A DNA stretch of 64,000 nucleotides from a virus: positions 16,003 to 80,002 of the IMG/VR virus record IMGVR_UViG_3300049049_000237; one strand, written 5' to 3'. A program made the translations under genes and the position numbers. How positions within the stretch are numbered: position 1 is the stretch's first letter; every line of letters begins with the position of its first letter. Below the pieces are notes generated by a model that did not search any database, was not told where the DNA came from, and was given only the letters and a program-made list of their open reading frames with translations. Below, one piece after another: positions 60,283-64,000 of this stretch.

Positions 60283-60855
60283 ATGCCCAAGAACTCGAAG
60301 GCTGAAACGCCTCGTACGTATCTGAGCCAAGAAGAATCGAATCGACGCCTCGAACCGTACCGAACCCAGATGTCTGCTGGGATGAGCGACATCGAAGTCT
60401 CGAAAGCGACCGGGGTCGGAATCAGAACCGTGAAGCGTTGGCGTCTCGCCAACGGGATCGCGCGCAAGCGCGGCTTCGCCTCGAAGGGGATCGACGACGT
60501 CTACGCGATCAGCCAGTTCGGCGAAGCGATCGGTGATGTGAAGCATCGTGCTGAGCGGAGCTCGCTCAGCGGAGGCTGGGAACCTCCGATCTTCGTGACG
60601 AGAATGCACCTCGACTACTCGCTCTTCGTGCGTGTGCTCGAAGCAGGCAAGCGAGTGCTCGGCATGACGAACGAAGAACTGTCGAAGGCCCTCGGTGTCA
60701 GCCTCGGTGGTATCGAGCAGGGTCTGGAGATCTACGAACGCATCCTTCGTCGCAGCGATGAGCTGTGCGTACACTGCAAGACGAAGTTGAACCCGGAGTT
60801 CAAGTCGCCTTACTGCTCGACCATCTGTGAGAGGCTGGCGTGTCGGAGAACTTGA
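60283..60855 (+). CDS. Double-HTH protein with C-terminal zinc finger
   Basis: MSDIEVSKATGVGIRTVKRWR; MTNEELSKALGVSL; CVHC..YCSTIC. Confidence 0.75.
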   Translation: MPKNSKAETPRTYLSQEESNRRLEPYRTQMSAGMSDIEVSKATGVGIRTVKRWRLANGIARKRGFASKGIDDVYAISQFGEAIGDVKHRAERSSLSGGWEPPIFVTRMHLDYSLFVRVLEAGKRVLGMTNEELSKALGVSLGGIEQGLEIYERILRRSDELCVHCKTKLNPEFKSPYCSTICERLACRRT

Positions 60856-61436
60856 AGAACTACGACGAGACCCTCAATCGCGCGATCCTTTTGCTCACGT
60901 CGAGCTACCCGACCCTGCGTCGTGTGGTACGTGGCATGCGCAGCGAGGACGTCACGTCCACCCGTTTCGCTGAGACCTGGCACACGTCACACCTCCCGAT
61001 GAACTGGGCCGACACGATCGGCATGTGGGGAGGCGTCGCTTCGACGAAGGAGATCGCAGCGCGCGCAGGGGTAGAGCTCTCGGCGCTGAAGATGTTCAAG
61101 AAGCGGCACTCGCTCAAGACGTTCGCAACGCCTCGCATCGAACAGTGGAAGCTCGCCGCAGAGCTATTCGTCGACTACCTGGTAGACCACGTCCCGGAGA
61201 TGAACCTCGAACAGCTCTGCATCGAGTACGGTGTGCTGCCGATCGAGGCCAAGTTCTACATCGACCGCATGTCGTACGCGCTCGCATCGCTCGGCTACAC
61301 GAACGAGGATGTGATGTGCGTGGACACGGAGCAGCTCCGCAGCCTGTGGAACGAGGAGTACTACCTCCAGGTGCGCAACGCATTCAGCGGGAAGTACACT
61401 TCGCTCATGGGTGTCGCGCGTGAAGAAGAAGGATAA
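60840..61436 (+). CDS. Hypothetical protein with HTH-like segments
   Basis: STKEIAARAGVELSALKMF; LEQLCIEYGV. Confidence 0.65.
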   Translation: MSENLKNYDETLNRAILLLTSSYPTLRRVVRGMRSEDVTSTRFAETWHTSHLPMNWADTIGMWGGVASTKEIAARAGVELSALKMFKKRHSLKTFATPRIEQWKLAAELFVDYLVDHVPEMNLEQLCIEYGVLPIEAKFYIDRMSYALASLGYTNEDVMCVDTEQLRSLWNEEYYLQVRNAFSGKYTSLMGVAREEEG

Positions 61437-61914
61437 GCCCACGGAGACGGCCTTCATGAAGGAGCACCTGCCGCGGGTGCCCGACTTCGTGAAGAGCAAC
61501 CTGCCGACGCTGAAGTTCGATCCCAACTTCACGCTCGGCCCGCCGGTGCATAGCGTTGCGAAGCAGACGCTGCTCGACGCCTACTTCAACGGTGACATCA
61601 CCCGCATCTACTCGGACATGCTCTCGCGTCCGGATCACTACGACGCTGAGCAGAAGGAGATCATCGAGAAGCTGTGGCGCAAGGAGCCCCTGGGCCCCGA
61701 GGTCGATCGCCAAGACATCGACGAGATCGTGATGCTGTTCTTCGACCGCACGTCTCAGCGCAAGAAGCGCGAGCAGCTCGTGCAGGAAGTGCAGCAGAAG
61801 CTCGACCCGACGGACGACCCGACGGTGAAGAGAAAGTTGGAACAGGCTGAAGCGGAGAAGGCTGCCGACACGTTCGAGGGCCAGCAACCGTTGAAGGCCA
61901 TCAAGATCATCTAA
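61411..61914 (+). CDS. Helical hypothetical protein
   Basis: Coupled plus-strand ORF. Confidence 0.65.
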   Translation: MSRVKKKDKPTETAFMKEHLPRVPDFVKSNLPTLKFDPNFTLGPPVHSVAKQTLLDAYFNGDITRIYSDMLSRPDHYDAEQKEIIEKLWRKEPLGPEVDRQDIDEIVMLFFDRTSQRKKREQLVQEVQQKLDPTDDPTVKRKLEQAEAEKAADTFEGQQPLKAIKII

Positions 61915-62090
61915 TGGACAACGAAGAACTCCGTCGGGTCGCGTATCGCCGCATCGAGCAGTACGTGCGGAAGATCCGCCCCGACGCAACACAGTGGGAC
62001 TTCACGTACGACGGGTTCTTCAACCCCACCACGAACCGCATCCGCATCTTCGTGGACGGAACGCGGTACACCCGCTTCCTCAAGTGGTGA
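61914..62090 (+). CDS. Small hypothetical protein
   Basis: My translation MDNEELRRVAYRRIEQYVRKIRPDATQWDF..RFLKW; TAATG coupling. Confidence 0.6.
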   Translation: MDNEELRRVAYRRIEQYVRKIRPDATQWDFTYDGFFNPTTNRIRIFVDGTRYTRFLKW

Positions 62091-62128
62091 AAAGACAAAG
62101 AGCTCTGAGGAGGTCATCCTCGGAGCTC
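62090..62128 (-). terminator. Intrinsic terminator of the 62155 gene
   Basis: GAGCTCCGAGGA-N5-TCCTCAGAGCTC then TTTGTCTTTT. Confidence 0.8.
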
Positions 62129-62154
62129 CCTGCCCCCGCTTCTAACGGTCTGCC

Positions 62155-64000
62155 TCAGCCGGCCGGAGCCGGAGGAGGCATACCCGGGATCACTCTCGGG
62201 TATTGAGCTGCGTGATGGGGCTGCGTCAGATGCGCAGCCGCATCGATCCCCTTCTTTGCGGCGAGGAGGCCGGCGCCGACGGTCCCGACGGCTCCGAGGC
62301 CCAGCGCGAGCCGGCCGAGCCCCGCGACCTTGCGTCCGGCGAGCAGCGCCCCTGCGACCTTGGCTGCGTCGACGGCCGGCGCAGCGGGCGAGGTCATCTT
62401 GCCGATGCCCTTCGCGATCGGGTGCACCACGCCGGGTGCGACGAGCGCGAGGCCGGCGAGTTCGGTGACAGGGTGATGAAGCACGTGACCGAGGCCCTCG
62501 GTCGCTGCATGACCCCAGGCCCCGACCTGACCGACGCGTCCGCCGCGCATCATCATCCGCTTGAAGCCGGAGTTCGCGAGGTCGTTGACGTACGGGCTGG
62601 CGAGGATGCCGATGCCGGCGTCATCGACGCGGTCCGCGATCTGTCCGATGCGATCGTCGCTCGCGAGCTTCGGGCCCGCGCCCGGAGTCGAGCCGACGCC
62701 GCCGTACTCCTTCGGGACCGCCATGTACCCCATCAGCCCGGTGCCGACTGCGCCTCCTGCGAGGGCGGCGCGATCGATCGCTTGGTTCATGACGCCCTGC
62801 TGCTGGGCGAGCGTGTTCGCGGCACCGCCCAGGGCCGTCGCACGAGCTCCAGCCGCACGGGCCTGGTCCTTCGCGACGTCGAGGTTCCCCGAGAGCTGCA
62901 TCGTCGCAGGTGCGGGTCGCGAATGTGCGATCGCAGCCTGCGCTGCACCGCGCTCGTTCATCCGTTCGAGTGCCTGCGTGCTCGGACGATAGAGCTGACC
63001 GGCGGCATCCTGACGCTGAACCGGGTGCGGGTTGTTCGTCGCCTTCCACCCGTAGCGCTCGGGCTGCATGTTCATCTGAGCGAACTCGTCGACGAGCTCG
63101 CTCTTCGGAGCGACCTTCGGGGCCGCGTTCGCGTTGGGCTTCGCTGCCACAGTGCCACGGCTGGTGGGGCGAGGTGCCGCGATCGTCGACGCCGTCGGAT
63201 TCACCTGCGGGCGAGGTGCCTTGGCGACTGCACCGCCCGGCGTGATCGGCATCCGGCCGAAGCCCGAGTCCTCCAGCATCTGGCTGTGCCGGTGCGCTCG
63301 CTGAGCGAACTCCCCGGCCTCGTCCGCCGCACCGCGCAGCGTCGAGAGCTGCTGAGCTCCGTGCGCCTTGATGGAGTGGACGCCTGCGCCGCCGGCAGCG
63401 CCCAGACCTGCACCGACGAGAGCACCACGCAGCGCACCCTGCGTCCGGTGCCCCTCCTGAGCGTGTGCAGCGCCGCCGAGGCCGCCTGCCACGGCTCCGA
63501 GGCCTGCCCCGATCGCACCGTGCCGCAGAAGGCTGGGTGCGAGCGCTGCTTCCTTCGGGATGCCGACGGACGAGTCCGCCGCAGCGCCACCGAAGATGGC
63601 TCCGCCGATGTGGAGCTTCTTCGCGATCTTCCTGCCGTGGTTCTCCTTCGCGAGAACCTTCGTCCTGAAGTCGTCCATGCTCAGCTCCTTCATCGAGCCG
63701 AAGAAGCGCGGGTCGTCGTACTGCCGCAGGTACGCCTTCTTGGCGTCGTCGGCGTTCTTGAACCCGAGCATGACCTTCTGCTCGTCGAACTTCTTGAAGT
63801 CGGGCTTCTTCATCTGGTCGACGATGAAGACCCGATCGCTGTTCTCGTCCGGACCGATGTACACGTCGACGTGATCGCCGTCGGTGCCCTTCGTCTTCCG
63901 GATGTAGCCGTAGTCGAAGTGCATGTACGTGGAGCCCTTCTCCACGCCATGCGGGTCGTACCAGTATCGCTTCGAGCCCTTCTTGTTCTCGATCGCGATG
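62155..64000 (-). CDS. InPase-domain, Gly/Ala-rich virion-associated (poly)protein; 5' end outside the window
   Basis: Frame open past 64000 (IAIENKKGSKR..); YGYIRKTKGTDGDHVDVYIG..FDEQKVMLGF..AKKAY; glycine-zipper segments. Confidence 0.8.
   Translation of the reverse strand, partial: IAIENKKGSKRYWYDPHGVEKGSTYMHFDYGYIRKTKGTDGDHVDVYIGPDENSDRVFIVDQMKKPDFKKFDEQKVMLGFKNADDAKKAYLRQYDDPRFFGSMKELSMDDFRTKVLAKENHGRKIAKKLHIGGAIFGGAAADSSVGIPKEAALAPSLLRHGAIGAGLGAVAGGLGGAAHAQEGHRTQGALRGALVGAGLGAAGGAGVHSIKAHGAQQLSTLRGAADEAGEFAQRAHRHSQMLEDSGFGRMPITPGGAVAKAPRPQVNPTASTIAAPRPTSRGTVAAKPNANAAPKVAPKSELVDEFAQMNMQPERYGWKATNNPHPVQRQDAAGQLYRPSTQALERMNERGAAQAAIAHSRPAPATMQLSGNLDVAKDQARAAGARATALGGAANTLAQQQGVMNQAIDRAALAGGAVGTGLMGYMAVPKEYGGVGSTPGAGPKLASDDRIGQIADRVDDAGIGILASPYVNDLANSGFKRMMMRGGRVGQVGAWGHAATEGLGHVLHHPVTELAGLALVAPGVVHPIAKGIGKMTSPAAPAVDAAKVAGALLAGRKVAGLGRLALGLGAVGTVGAGLLAAKKGIDAAAHLTQPHHAAQYPRVIPGMPPPAPAG

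Larger units (their letters stand above)
1..64000. mobile_element. Segment of a large dsDNA phage genome (probable myxobacterial host)
   Basis: Dense, co-oriented short ORFs with ATGA/TGATG overlaps, mostly hypothetical; scattered replication and nucleotide genes without host operon context; virion-like genes; no rRNA or ribosomal protein operons. Confidence 0.85.

Noticed and set aside
1-64000. Host chromosome interpretation (ndk, rnhB, dcd, thyX, ssrA)
   Set aside because: These genes are isolated among small hypotheticals without their usual operon neighbours; organisation is phage-like
1-64000. Stop-codon reassignment
   Set aside because: Recognisable enzymes are full length under the standard code; TAG, TGA and TAA all end genes at coupled junctions

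Overview
High-GC (about 65% by eye) segment of a large tailed bacteriophage genome; no integrase, attachment site or host operon is visible. About 100 mostly short, translationally coupled genes run on the minus strand; only four small plus-strand islands interrupt them. Recognisable genes cover nucleotide metabolism (ThyX, dCTP deaminase, NDK, NUDIX, HAD phosphatase, MazG-like, two SLOG), DNA processing (ATP-dependent ligase, RNase HII, split RecD2, two DEDD exonucleases, MT-A70 methyltransferase, HNH, TopoVI-A-like TOPRIM) and translation/stress control (Mesh1-like HD hydrolase, plus a complete tmRNA absent from the ORF track with tag ANDSSYAPAALAA). Myxobacterial-style lipoproteins (Asp-Ala-Gly linkers, RCC1-like repeats) suggest a myxobacterial host (inference). 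Most unusual: a mosaic ORF with DNA polymerase I motifs in scrambled order, an InPase-headed Gly/Ala-rich apparent polyprotein with K-x-A boundaries, a ubiquitin-like domain fusion, two adjacent PD-(D/E)xK-like genes with His at the Glu position, a tandem paralog triplet, a recurring CTATCAG promoter-like motif fused to terminators, a GAACA(A/C)GAAC-ATG leader, and 9-bp-period GTAAC repeats at the strand switch (candidate origin). All family calls come from motif recognition by eye; no searches were run.
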